From a bacterium (GTDB lineage: Bacteria > CLD3 > SB21): 41,032 nucleotides of DNA. A program made the translations under genes and the position numbers. The notes beneath the pieces are model-generated. The model saw only the letters and a list, made by a program, of their open reading frames with translations, was not told where the DNA came from and did not search any database. The stretch covers positions 1 through 41,032 of the forward strand of contig JABWCP010000029.1 of the NCBI GenBank assembly GCA_013360215.1. Direction: 5' to 3'. Below are positions 29,220 to 37,864 of the stretch, in pieces; position 1 is the first letter of the stretch; each line of letters starts with the position of its first letter.

Positions 29220-30718
29220 CAGAACCCCTCCTTTTCAGGGCGGCGATATCGGAGCCAATATTTCTGAAGAAATTTCAATTCATATGGGTGCGCATACCGG
29301 TGAAACCGGTAACGCCACGAGGAAAACCATCGCATGGCAGTGCGCTGAAAAGCAGTTAGTTTGAGGTCGCTGATCGTCGGGTATTGTGCATTAAGAACAG
29401 TTTCAAAATCGTGAATATGACGGATCATCGCCGGAGTAAGCCACGGTGTCACATATTGACGGTGCAAATCAAAATTGAGCCACTCCGGTTTCATCCACTC
29501 ATCCAAATGTCGCGGGAACTGAAATCCGCGAGCTAAGGCCTGATTATATAAATCTGAACCTTCCGTAGGCACAGGTGTATATATATATATGATAATTTCA
29601 GTCGAAGGATTGATGGATTTTATTTCACGTATAAAGCGTATCTCCTGGTCAATCAGTTTCCAGACTTCATCTTCGGTGGCAGCCGGAAATCCAAGAACAA
29701 ACGAGTACTCCGGTATAATATCGTGTTCTCTTAATCGCGCGGCGAAACTCCGAAGTTTGTTACCGGACTGAGTTCCACCTTTGTCCATTTGGCGCAATAG
29801 CGTATCGTTTCCGCTTTCTGCTCCAAAAAATATCATGCGGCATCCCGACCGGCGCAGCGTCGCCAATGAAGCATCGCTATACTTATCCATCGTGTCAATT
29901 CGACCTTCTCCCCACCAAGCCATGCCGTCGTGCATAATACGTTCCGCAAATTCGACAACTCGTTTTTCAGAGACGAAGAAGTTATTATCGTGAAATGTGA
30001 TAGCGTTTCCGCCGTAGGTTTCTTTCAAAAATCGTATGTCACGGTAAATACGTTCAGCCGATTTGCCTTTCCAGCGTGTTTCGAAGATCGGTACAACGCC
30101 GCAGAATGAGCATGAAAATGGACAGCCTATACTTGAATGATAGGCAATAGTGCGCGTTCCCAAAAACGTTTTTCCCAAGTATCCATCCATCGGATAAAAG
30201 GAATGTAATGTGTCGTAGGGCAAATCCGGTAGCGTATCCTGATCAATAAGATCGGCTTTCGGTGTTTTATATATTGTGTCACCTGTGCGGTAAACGAGAT
30301 TGGAAATGGTTGCAACGGATGTTCGTGCCGTAAGCGCTTGCAGTAATTCGGGGAAAGCATGATCACCCGGTCCATTAATCACGTAATCAACATATCCCGA
30401 GCGAATCACAGTATGGCTTTGATTGGAAGCAAAATAACCACCCCAGATAATGGTCACGTGCGGATATTGTTCGCGGATCATTTTCGAAATAGGAATGGCT
30501 TGAGCAAGTTGCGGGCCGGGCATGACCGTGCAACAAAAGAATCCGAATGAAGGATCCCTGAATAAATCCATAATCTTTTCTAAAGGATCGGATTCCCTAT
30601 TGCCATCAACGATCACATAGTCATGTTGGCCATGTATCGAAGCGGCTATCTGTAAAATCGAGTTGGGTATGATTTTAGCGTGGATCGTAACTTTGGGGTT
30701 AAAAAAAATTATTTTCAT
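29219..30718 (-). CDS. Cobalamin-dependent radical SAM enzyme
   Basis: N-terminal B12-binding domain (IIWGGYFAS, VINGPGD); SIGCPFSCSFC; DNNFF; FGAESG. Confidence 0.92.
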   Translation of the reverse strand: MKIIFFNPKVTIHAKIIPNSILQIAASIHGQHDYVIVDGNRESDPLEKIMDLFRDPSFGFFCCTVMPGPQLAQAIPISKMIREQYPHVTIIWGGYFASNQSHTVIRSGYVDYVINGPGDHAFPELLQALTARTSVATISNLVYRTGDTIYKTPKADLIDQDTLPDLPYDTLHSFYPMDGYLGKTFLGTRTIAYHSSIGCPFSCSFCGVVPIFETRWKGKSAERIYRDIRFLKETYGGNAITFHDNNFFVSEKRVVEFAERIMHDGMAWWGEGRIDTMDKYSDASLATLRRSGCRMIFFGAESGNDTLLRQMDKGGTQSGNKLRSFAARLREHDIIPEYSFVLGFPAATEDEVWKLIDQEIRFIREIKSINPSTEIIIYIYTPVPTEGSDLYNQALARGFQFPRHLDEWMKPEWLNFDLHRQYVTPWLTPAMIRHIHDFETVLNAQYPTISDLKLTAFQRTAMRWFSSWRYRFHRYAHPYELKFLQKYWLRYRRPEKEGF

Positions 30719-31926
30719 ATGGCTTCATGTTCCGATAAAGGTGTGTTACGATCAACGCTTTGTTCCGGTGCTCCGGATTGGAGTACATAAGCGCCCAATA
30801 ATAACCATTGCGTCAATGCGGCAGATGCGATGGCGCCGGTAAGTCCCAGTGAAGGGATAAACAGAATATTACCTGTCAAGTTGACCAATGCACCGATCAG
30901 ACTCAAACGCAAAACTATAATGGATTTATGTTGTTTGAGTAAAGCGTGTACATATGGTAAATATACGTACATCGGGAGCACAAATAAAAAACCGACGGCC
31001 AATGCCGTGATCGGGACGCGGGTATCCTCGATAAACCATAAAATCCCAATCAAACAAACGACGCCGAGCGCAGTCAAAAGGCTGCCTGCAAAAAGTGATT
31101 GTAAGCCCATGCGCCGAATATGAGAGGCTTGTAACCGATATAGATTTTTTAACTGCGTTGAAATGGCAAACTCCGGCAGCGCTTGTAAAAAGCTAAGCAC
31201 ATTCATGACTATATGATAAACTCCTAATTCGGATGGCGGTAGCAGAACAGCAACACTGTAGGTGTCCATTTTAGAAACTAACAAACCGCTGATATTTTGC
31301 ATGGCAAGAGCCCATGCATGTTTGAGTTGATTCCATTGCGCGATAACTCTAAACCACAATCTGAATGTATTTCTCCATGCTATCAATAGAATGATAAGTC
31401 GGCAAAGAGCAGCCATGCAAGTGGCCCAGATCAAATGGATATGCTGCATCTCCGATGACCATAACGATAACCCTAAAAAAACGGCTGTACCTGCAAGATC
31501 ATTGAGGATGCCGAGTATGTATCGGTGATGAAAAATAATCGCCGGTTCAAATGCATGGATTCCAAATAAACATACGAACCAAAGCAGAAGAGGCGGTAAG
31601 GCGTCATTCGCTTGGACAACAGTACACATCAAAGCGATGGGTAGGATAAGTAAGGGTAAGCGCGTTTTGATATTCGTCAACCAGAGTTCCTGCCAGCGTT
31701 GCGGTTGATCCGAAAAAGCACGCAGTAAATATAAGCGGGAACCCCAATTGGCAAAAGTAACTCCAAAATGGATAACGATCAGATACCGCGCATAATTTCC
31801 CCACACCTCAAGCGAAGCCGTACGAATAATCACCACCGAGGAGATCAACCCCGCTGCGGGCGGAATCGCGTTGCGGAGAGCATTCCATAGCATCGGCATC
31901 CATCGTTGCGGCCATCGGTGTTTCAT
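30715..31926 (-). CDS. Wzx/MOP-family oligosaccharide flippase-like membrane protein
   Basis: About 12 TMs; WGNY, KMDTYSV...ELGVYH and NILFIPSLGLTGAIASA motifs; start uncertain. Confidence 0.78.
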   Translation of the reverse strand: MKHRWPQRWMPMLWNALRNAIPPAAGLISSVVIIRTASLEVWGNYARYLIVIHFGVTFANWGSRLYLLRAFSDQPQRWQELWLTNIKTRLPLLILPIALMCTVVQANDALPPLLLWFVCLFGIHAFEPAIIFHHRYILGILNDLAGTAVFLGLSLWSSEMQHIHLIWATCMAALCRLIILLIAWRNTFRLWFRVIAQWNQLKHAWALAMQNISGLLVSKMDTYSVAVLLPPSELGVYHIVMNVLSFLQALPEFAISTQLKNLYRLQASHIRRMGLQSLFAGSLLTALGVVCLIGILWFIEDTRVPITALAVGFLFVLPMYVYLPYVHALLKQHKSIIVLRLSLIGALVNLTGNILFIPSLGLTGAIASAALTQWLLLGAYVLQSGAPEQSVDRNTPLSEHEAI

Positions 31927-32026
31927 AGGGTATTCCAAAACGAATCGCAAATTAATCGTAAGCTTGTAGTTAGAAACTTTAAATCAAAAATCATGCTATG
32001 GTCGGGCTATTTGTCTATAACGTTAT

Positions 32027-33280
32027 TCATGTTTTATATCTAGGTTCAGAATTTGAATATAACGATTCTACGGAATACCACGCTTGATGTATTGTAAGAG
32101 CGAATAGGGCTGTCGTCGCATATAGACGCGGATAACCCAAAGCGGCCCACAGCCCATCAGGTTTTAAAGTTATGATCTGATGAATGGGGAAGTAGCTTAT
32201 CATAAGATAGAGACATCCCGCCGCGAGTTTAGCCCGCGCCGAAAACCAATTTTGAAAAAAAATAAAAGCTAAAGGAAAAACTAGCAGAACGAAATGGTAT
32301 GTTGCCGACGCAGGCAGTAAAGTAAAGATGGCTAACCAAATTACTACAAGCATTTTATCATCTCGATGTTCGCATCGAGATTTGTACAATTTAAATAACA
32401 CAACTACAGTTGTTACGAAGATGATTCCGTGTAGAAGGTATTTTATAACATGAGCTAATATAGGTAAGTCCAGAAGAGGATTGGCGTTATAATCGGGATG
32501 AAAAACGAAAAGATAATGCAAAACCCCCGTCCATGCCTGATAGGCGATGGCGTATGGAGTTCCGGAAGGGATTTCTGCTGCAAGGTGATTAAGAAATATG
32601 TTCCGAAAAAAAGATGCATTCAATGTATAACCGAAAACTAAAATTTGAATTATCATGCACACAATGATGCTTATGCCCATAGCGCTGACGGCCTTATAGC
32701 GTCGCTGCAGTAATAAGAATGGAATAAATATGGCCGTAAAATATTTTATCATAGCGGCTAGGCCGAGCAATAAACCGGTTAATATATTCCTATTATATTT
32801 GAGCAGCATATAACTACCCATACAAATCAAAAGAAGTATGATGTACAACTGTCCGGCTCGAAAATTATTGATCAGTCCAAAACCTGAAGCAAGTACCAAA
32901 ATTCCTGAGGTAAGAAACGATTGATGGAAAAGTCGCATTAGCCAGAAAACAATCATTCCAAGAGCAACGAGATTAACTATAATCCATATATTTTTAGCTG
33001 TTGCCGCTTCGAAATTAACGAGCGGAGTCATTACAAAAACTGTTAATGGCGGAAATTGAGAAAATCTTCCGGAATTAAAACCATGCTCGGTTAATTTTTT
33101 GTCAAACCACTGATCATCATAAAAATATTCGGCCGGATGCCCTTCGTTGTATAATTTAGCGGCCAAATAATAATTTGGAAAATCTCCATGAACGTCATTC
33201 CATGAAACCCATATGCCGCGCCAAAAAAACAAAGACGCCAGCACAACAAACGTAATCACTTGGCTACGCTTAAGATTCAC
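32027..33280 (-). CDS. GT87-like (DUF2029) GT-C membrane glycosyltransferase; GTG start assumed (alternative 33334)
   Basis: DFPNYY, QFPP, GQL and AAMIKYF motifs; multiple TMs. Confidence 0.8.
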   Translation of the reverse strand: MNLKRSQVITFVVLASLFFWRGIWVSWNDVHGDFPNYYLAAKLYNEGHPAEYFYDDQWFDKKLTEHGFNSGRFSQFPPLTVFVMTPLVNFEAATAKNIWIIVNLVALGMIVFWLMRLFHQSFLTSGILVLASGFGLINNFRAGQLYIILLLICMGSYMLLKYNRNILTGLLLGLAAMIKYFTAIFIPFLLLQRRYKAVSAMGISIIVCMIIQILVFGYTLNASFFRNIFLNHLAAEIPSGTPYAIAYQAWTGVLHYLFVFHPDYNANPLLDLPILAHVIKYLLHGIIFVTTVVVLFKLYKSRCEHRDDKMLVVIWLAIFTLLPASATYHFVLLVFPLAFIFFQNWFSARAKLAAGCLYLMISYFPIHQIITLKPDGLWAALGYPRLYATTALFALTIHQAWYSVESLYSNSEPRYKT

Positions 33281-34454
33281 TGCGCGGTATCTCCAATGAA
33301 GGATTTTTAGAAAAGTAGCTATTGAGTGTTTCATAAACCTGAGATACGGAGATATTTTGCATGCATGCGCATTGACGGTAGCAAACGATTTTTTTATCGT
33401 TATAAATCGAAATACACGGACTGCAATATTCGTTAGAGCTTAAAGCTGATTGATTTACTCCTACCGGTCCGTATAAAGCCGGGGTTTCCGGGCCAAAAAG
33501 ACCGACCGTCGGAGTGTTCGATAAAGTAGCTAAATGCATAGGCCCGGAGTCATTCGTAACCAGTGCAATGGCCTTGCTCAGCATATACGATGTACCGGCA
33601 ATAGTAAAGTGGCCGCACGCGCTAATCATTCGGGCCGAAGATACCATCGCACAAAGCGTTTCAACGCGTTGAATATCTTCTGTTCCGCCTATGACAATAA
33701 TGACACACTCTGGTTCGACAGCAAACCATCGTTTCGCTAATTCTGCAAAACGCTCCAGTGGCCATTGTCGTTCAGGTGCCATACTGCTGGTATTAGGGTT
33801 AAAAACGATAAACCGGTTAATACCTCGTGTTTTTAGGAAAGCATCCACTTTGGATTTCTCGCCATCCTCAGCAACACACGGAATAAGTTCGTCGGTATGT
33901 ATCGTAAATTTTACCGCTTTTAGCGAATCCATGAAAATTTTCGAAATATGGCGTGTTTCGGAATAAGGTATAGTTATATCAAAAATATTTTTGGCACTGC
34001 CGGACGGATTGAAACCTACGAGAAAACTACGGTATGACCAAAAACTTAGCATTGCGGTAAACCGCGATGCAAACTCGAAATCAAACACAATATCCGGCGG
34101 TTGTGCGCGCAAGAACGACATAATTTGGTACAAAGAACGGATCGCCTTGGGCAACGAATTTAAATCGAAATACATAAGTTGATTGATCCATGGACCGGGA
34201 GCGTACAAGCTTTGGTTTTGTTTAAGTGTGATTAACGTGATGTGTGCTTCGGGGCAATTCAGTCGCATATTACGGATAGCGCTACTACCAAGAATCACCG
34301 AACCCATACCCCACATTTTAATAATGACAATACGCCGTATCTCATTTGGCAATGGGCATGTTTTTTTTCGGAAGCGACTAATAACCGACAATATTCGACA
34401 CAACGGTTTCCCGAACTTACGATCAATCCATCGAGCGGTACGTATCGTGATCAT
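33270..34454 (-). CDS. GT9 (heptosyltransferase-like) glycosyltransferase
   Basis: KMWGMGSVIL, RQWPLERF and VTNDSGPMHLA...VGLFGPE motifs. Confidence 0.9.
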   Translation of the reverse strand: MITIRTARWIDRKFGKPLCRILSVISRFRKKTCPLPNEIRRIVIIKMWGMGSVILGSSAIRNMRLNCPEAHITLITLKQNQSLYAPGPWINQLMYFDLNSLPKAIRSLYQIMSFLRAQPPDIVFDFEFASRFTAMLSFWSYRSFLVGFNPSGSAKNIFDITIPYSETRHISKIFMDSLKAVKFTIHTDELIPCVAEDGEKSKVDAFLKTRGINRFIVFNPNTSSMAPERQWPLERFAELAKRWFAVEPECVIIVIGGTEDIQRVETLCAMVSSARMISACGHFTIAGTSYMLSKAIALVTNDSGPMHLATLSNTPTVGLFGPETPALYGPVGVNQSALSSNEYCSPCISIYNDKKIVCYRQCACMQNISVSQVYETLNSYFSKNPSLEIPRSES

Positions 34455-34491
34455 TCTTTTACAATACTTCGAATTAAGAAATCAGAGCCTG

Positions 34492-35313
34492 TCATGATAC
34501 GTTTCTCGTCTTTTTTTGAAATGTCCATATCACGTGATCGGCCCAATGATTAAGTGGCCACGATGTTGAATACCCTTCCTCAGCTCTTTTCAGATAAGCG
34601 TATATGTCCGGATGAGAAACTGCAAAATCCATACGATGGGGAGGCGGCACTAGGGCGCCTAAACCTTCGGACTGACAAAGTTGATATCCGTCACCCAAAG
34701 CTTTTTGCACGTCGGAAACATTGAAATAGTAACATTGGAAATAAATACCCTCGACATGTGCACGTGCGCCACCGCGATGCAGGCGTCGAAAGGCATACCT
34801 CAGATGGCCTTTGAGTGCAGCGGCTATTTCCCATGGTGAGATTTTGGGCATGATCACCCATGTCAGGCGGCCGCCGGGTTTGAGCAAATCGTCTATATGT
34901 TGAGTTACAAGTCTGAGATTGGGTGCGCAATTGAGTCCTCCGAAATTGGAAAAAATATAATCGAAGGGGCCGTTGGAGATACGGTTTAATTCCGTATAAG
35001 ATAATTGTTCTATCGTTATACTGTTTTCCAAATTTGCAGCGGTAATTTTTTTTCTCATCTGACGGATCATACCTTCGGAAAGATCCGTAGCATGCACGGT
35101 ACATCCGTATTGTGCAAAGCGCATCGCATCAATACCGGTTCCCGCGTTGATTTCCAGTACCCGTTCTCCCGGTTTTAAAAATTCAAAAACGTGATTGTAT
35201 ACACGTTGTCGCATCCACAATAATATCGGGTTCGATTGGTCATACGCGTCGTACCCCTCAGACTGCCGCGAGAACGCTGTGTTGATATCGTCTAATGAAT
35301 CGGTTGGTATCAT
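34492..35313 (-). CDS. Class I SAM-dependent methyltransferase
   Basis: VLEINAGTG, TDLSEGM, FSNFGGLNC, LKPGG. Confidence 0.9.
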   Translation of the reverse strand: MIPTDSLDDINTAFSRQSEGYDAYDQSNPILLWMRQRVYNHVFEFLKPGERVLEINAGTGIDAMRFAQYGCTVHATDLSEGMIRQMRKKITAANLENSITIEQLSYTELNRISNGPFDYIFSNFGGLNCAPNLRLVTQHIDDLLKPGGRLTWVIMPKISPWEIAAALKGHLRYAFRRLHRGGARAHVEGIYFQCYYFNVSDVQKALGDGYQLCQSEGLGALVPPPHRMDFAVSHPDIYAYLKRAEEGYSTSWPLNHWADHVIWTFQKKTRNVS

Positions 35314-35317
35314 ATAA

Positions 35318-36757
35318 TCATTTCGGATCGGTCGGGTTCAATGGCCTCATTCTTGTCAGTTGAACGTACGGGCCGTATATCAAATACTTGATTAAATAAT
35401 ACACGGCATGGATACATCGGTGCCATGGACCACGTTTTAAAAAAAGTCTAAGCCGATATTCTGCATGCACAAAACGATGCAGTGCTTTGTAAAAAGATTT
35501 GGAATACGTTCCCTCAAACATCATATCCAAATCATCGGAATCAGACCAATTATGCTTTTCTTTCAATTCATTGCGTACGCGTTCATAAAAAGGAGTACCC
35601 GGCAGAGGATACGATACAGATATGCCGAGTTCATCGGGAAGATTTTGGCGTATCATCGCACGTGTCGCATTGATATCATTCCACGATTCACCGGAATAAC
35701 CGAACTGGATAAAGTATGCCGTTTCGATGCCCGAGCGACGAAGATTTTGTGTGGCCTCGTCAATCTGTGTACGTTGTACGCCCTTATCCATGGCGTTCAA
35801 TATTTTTTGCGAACCGGATTCGGCTCCCAACCAGACGGTACGACAACCCGATTCACGCAGTGCGCTGATCGTATTGCCGCGCAACAGTAAGTCAGCGCGA
35901 CTGAGGCATTTGTACGGCAGATGGAGGCGGCGTTGTTGTAAAGCGACAGCAAAGCTATCGAGCCATCCCGGCTTCAATCCGAAAATGTCATCCGTAATCC
36001 ATATATGATCGGCACCATACCGGTGATGCAGGCGATAAAATTCGTCGGCAGTTGACTCGGCTGATCGTGCGTGATACACTTGCCCATATATCGGTTTGGC
36101 GCACCAGTTGCAGTGATACGGACATCCGCGGGACGTCGTGACGTTCATGGAAAAATATCCGTGATGCCGCTTCCATTCGTTTTGATACGAAGCGATATCT
36201 ACTAAGGTAAAATCCGGTGCAGGCAATTGGTCAATATTCAAAGTTGCATTACGTCGGCCCGGATGATCGGATGGTGCTATATCGCGCCGGAGGAGACCGG
36301 ATACTCGGCGATCACCGCGCCGGACATCATCGTGATGTACGATATCGGATATCACGGATTCACCTTCACCGATGATGACCCCGTCGGATCCGTTATTCAA
36401 ATATAGCGGGGCATGGTCGGTCGCGTCCGAACTATACACGAATACGGGGATTTGGTGTTCGGTCGAACGGCGGATCATATAGAAAGCCGCTTGACGCATA
36501 TTGGTAAGGCACATCTTGGTGAGATAATTGAACTCATCATCATAGATAAAATGCAAATCAGGCCGCCATGATGCTATGGTTTGATCAAACGATTTCATGT
36601 CGCGTGAGAACATGCCGTCAATGATACGCACATCATGCCCTTCATTACGTAACATCGCAGCGGCTATGAGTGTTCCCAGCGGTGCATACGGCATGTGACG
36701 TTTCTCTTCTTTAGGGTCGAGATAACGTTGGTAGGATTGAGTAAAGAGTATTTTCAT
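35318..36757 (-). CDS. Cobalamin-dependent radical SAM enzyme
   Basis: YAPLGTL, IGEGE, TSRGCPYHCNWC, DDIFG, LGAESGSQ and PLPGT motifs. Confidence 0.92.
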   Translation of the reverse strand: MKILFTQSYQRYLDPKEEKRHMPYAPLGTLIAAAMLRNEGHDVRIIDGMFSRDMKSFDQTIASWRPDLHFIYDDEFNYLTKMCLTNMRQAAFYMIRRSTEHQIPVFVYSSDATDHAPLYLNNGSDGVIIGEGESVISDIVHHDDVRRGDRRVSGLLRRDIAPSDHPGRRNATLNIDQLPAPDFTLVDIASYQNEWKRHHGYFSMNVTTSRGCPYHCNWCAKPIYGQVYHARSAESTADEFYRLHHRYGADHIWITDDIFGLKPGWLDSFAVALQQRRLHLPYKCLSRADLLLRGNTISALRESGCRTVWLGAESGSQKILNAMDKGVQRTQIDEATQNLRRSGIETAYFIQFGYSGESWNDINATRAMIRQNLPDELGISVSYPLPGTPFYERVRNELKEKHNWSDSDDLDMMFEGTYSKSFYKALHRFVHAEYRLRLFLKRGPWHRCIHAVYYLIKYLIYGPYVQLTRMRPLNPTDPK

Positions 36758-37665
36758 CCGGCTAAATTTTGTTTACGCTGAAGGCGCTGCTCAATATGAG
36801 CCTCAATAAGTGCGCCGTAATCAATATTCCATCGGGACGATGCCTGATCGGTCGTTGAAAAAAGCTTGTCACGCTGGGATTGTTGAAGCTCGGGATGCCG
36901 CCATTTCCATATCTTATCCCAGATACGCCGTAGGAATGTATCCATACCGGGAATCACCAGAGGAAAACAAACCCACTCCAAAAAACGTTGTACGTAAGAA
37001 GGGTTGGCCTCCGATTTTGACGGATGCGAAGGAAATTTCCAATTGGGTAAAAAGTCATGTATCCATCGGTTGTTTTCCTGAAAGCGATCCAATGCTTTAG
37101 CATTCCATAGCATTTTGACGGTGGCGGTTTCGTATGCCGTATAATAGCTTTTAAATGGTATCTCCAAACCGTCTTCTGCCAGTATGTAATTCACGCAAAA
37201 GTTATCATTATCGTTAAGCAGGAAAATCTTTTTTATTACGGTAAATAGCGTGCGTACAAGCCATACACGTCCGTGAGGAACAATAATCAGATAATCGATA
37301 TCATCGCTGGCATCCGCTACGTTTTTTGATAAACTGCCGGTTAATAACACTCCGCGTACAAACGGAATGAATGCCATCCAACGTGCAATACGTTCTGCTT
37401 TAGCCTTGAGCGGCGCGGCGCGTTTCTCGTCTTCCAAACGTTTGTTGACGATATCTGTTGTGTGATCAGTAAAACAATAGTATCCGTCGCGGCAAATGAT
37501 TTCTCCCTCCGCACACCACTGATTAAGTGCTGCTTCCAGTTGTTTGGTGTCACGGCAGGGGACGGCAAGCATACAGCGAATTTCTTCGGAAGTCAGTGGA
37601 TACTTGAAATAGTCGCAGTAGGCGATAACGCGTACTATGGCGTCAGAAACAGATTGGCTCATCAT
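36754..37665 (-). CDS. Nucleotidyltransferase-fold protein with N-terminal wHTH-like region
   Basis: TGSLSK...DDIDY (Pol-beta GS/DxD motif); N-terminal YFKYPLTSEEI; ATGA overlap with the next gene. Confidence 0.78.
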   Translation of the reverse strand: MMSQSVSDAIVRVIAYCDYFKYPLTSEEIRCMLAVPCRDTKQLEAALNQWCAEGEIICRDGYYCFTDHTTDIVNKRLEDEKRAAPLKAKAERIARWMAFIPFVRGVLLTGSLSKNVADASDDIDYLIIVPHGRVWLVRTLFTVIKKIFLLNDNDNFCVNYILAEDGLEIPFKSYYTAYETATVKMLWNAKALDRFQENNRWIHDFLPNWKFPSHPSKSEANPSYVQRFLEWVCFPLVIPGMDTFLRRIWDKIWKWRHPELQQSQRDKLFSTTDQASSRWNIDYGALIEAHIEQRLQRKQNLAG

Positions 37666-37806
37666 GTACCTGTGTTGTATAAAACAGAAAGAGGGCGATT
37701 AAGTCAAGAACGGTGTCGCAACAATATTTCTAATTTTGAATGGTAATGCAAATAAAATTTACACGTACACAAAACAGTGTATTTCGCGGTTTATTTTATT
37801 ATTCGA

Positions 37807-37835
37807 TTGAGTAATTGATTTTCGGTTTATATTAT
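37807..37835 (+). promoter_or_regulatory. Putative sigma70 promoter of leuS
   Basis: TTGAGT-N17-TATTAT, same -35 hexamer as the icd promoter. Confidence 0.55.
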
Positions 37836-37864
37836 TACGCCATTCATTTATTGCAGGAAAAGAA

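Noticed and set aside
29219-36757. Calling the B12-rSAMs BchE or hopanoid methylases
   Set aside because: Only family-level motifs are visible, and there are no bch or hpn genes in the window
36754-37665. CBASS CD-NTase or MNT-HEPN defence system
   Set aside because: No effector, Cap or HEPN genes nearby; the context is biosynthetic
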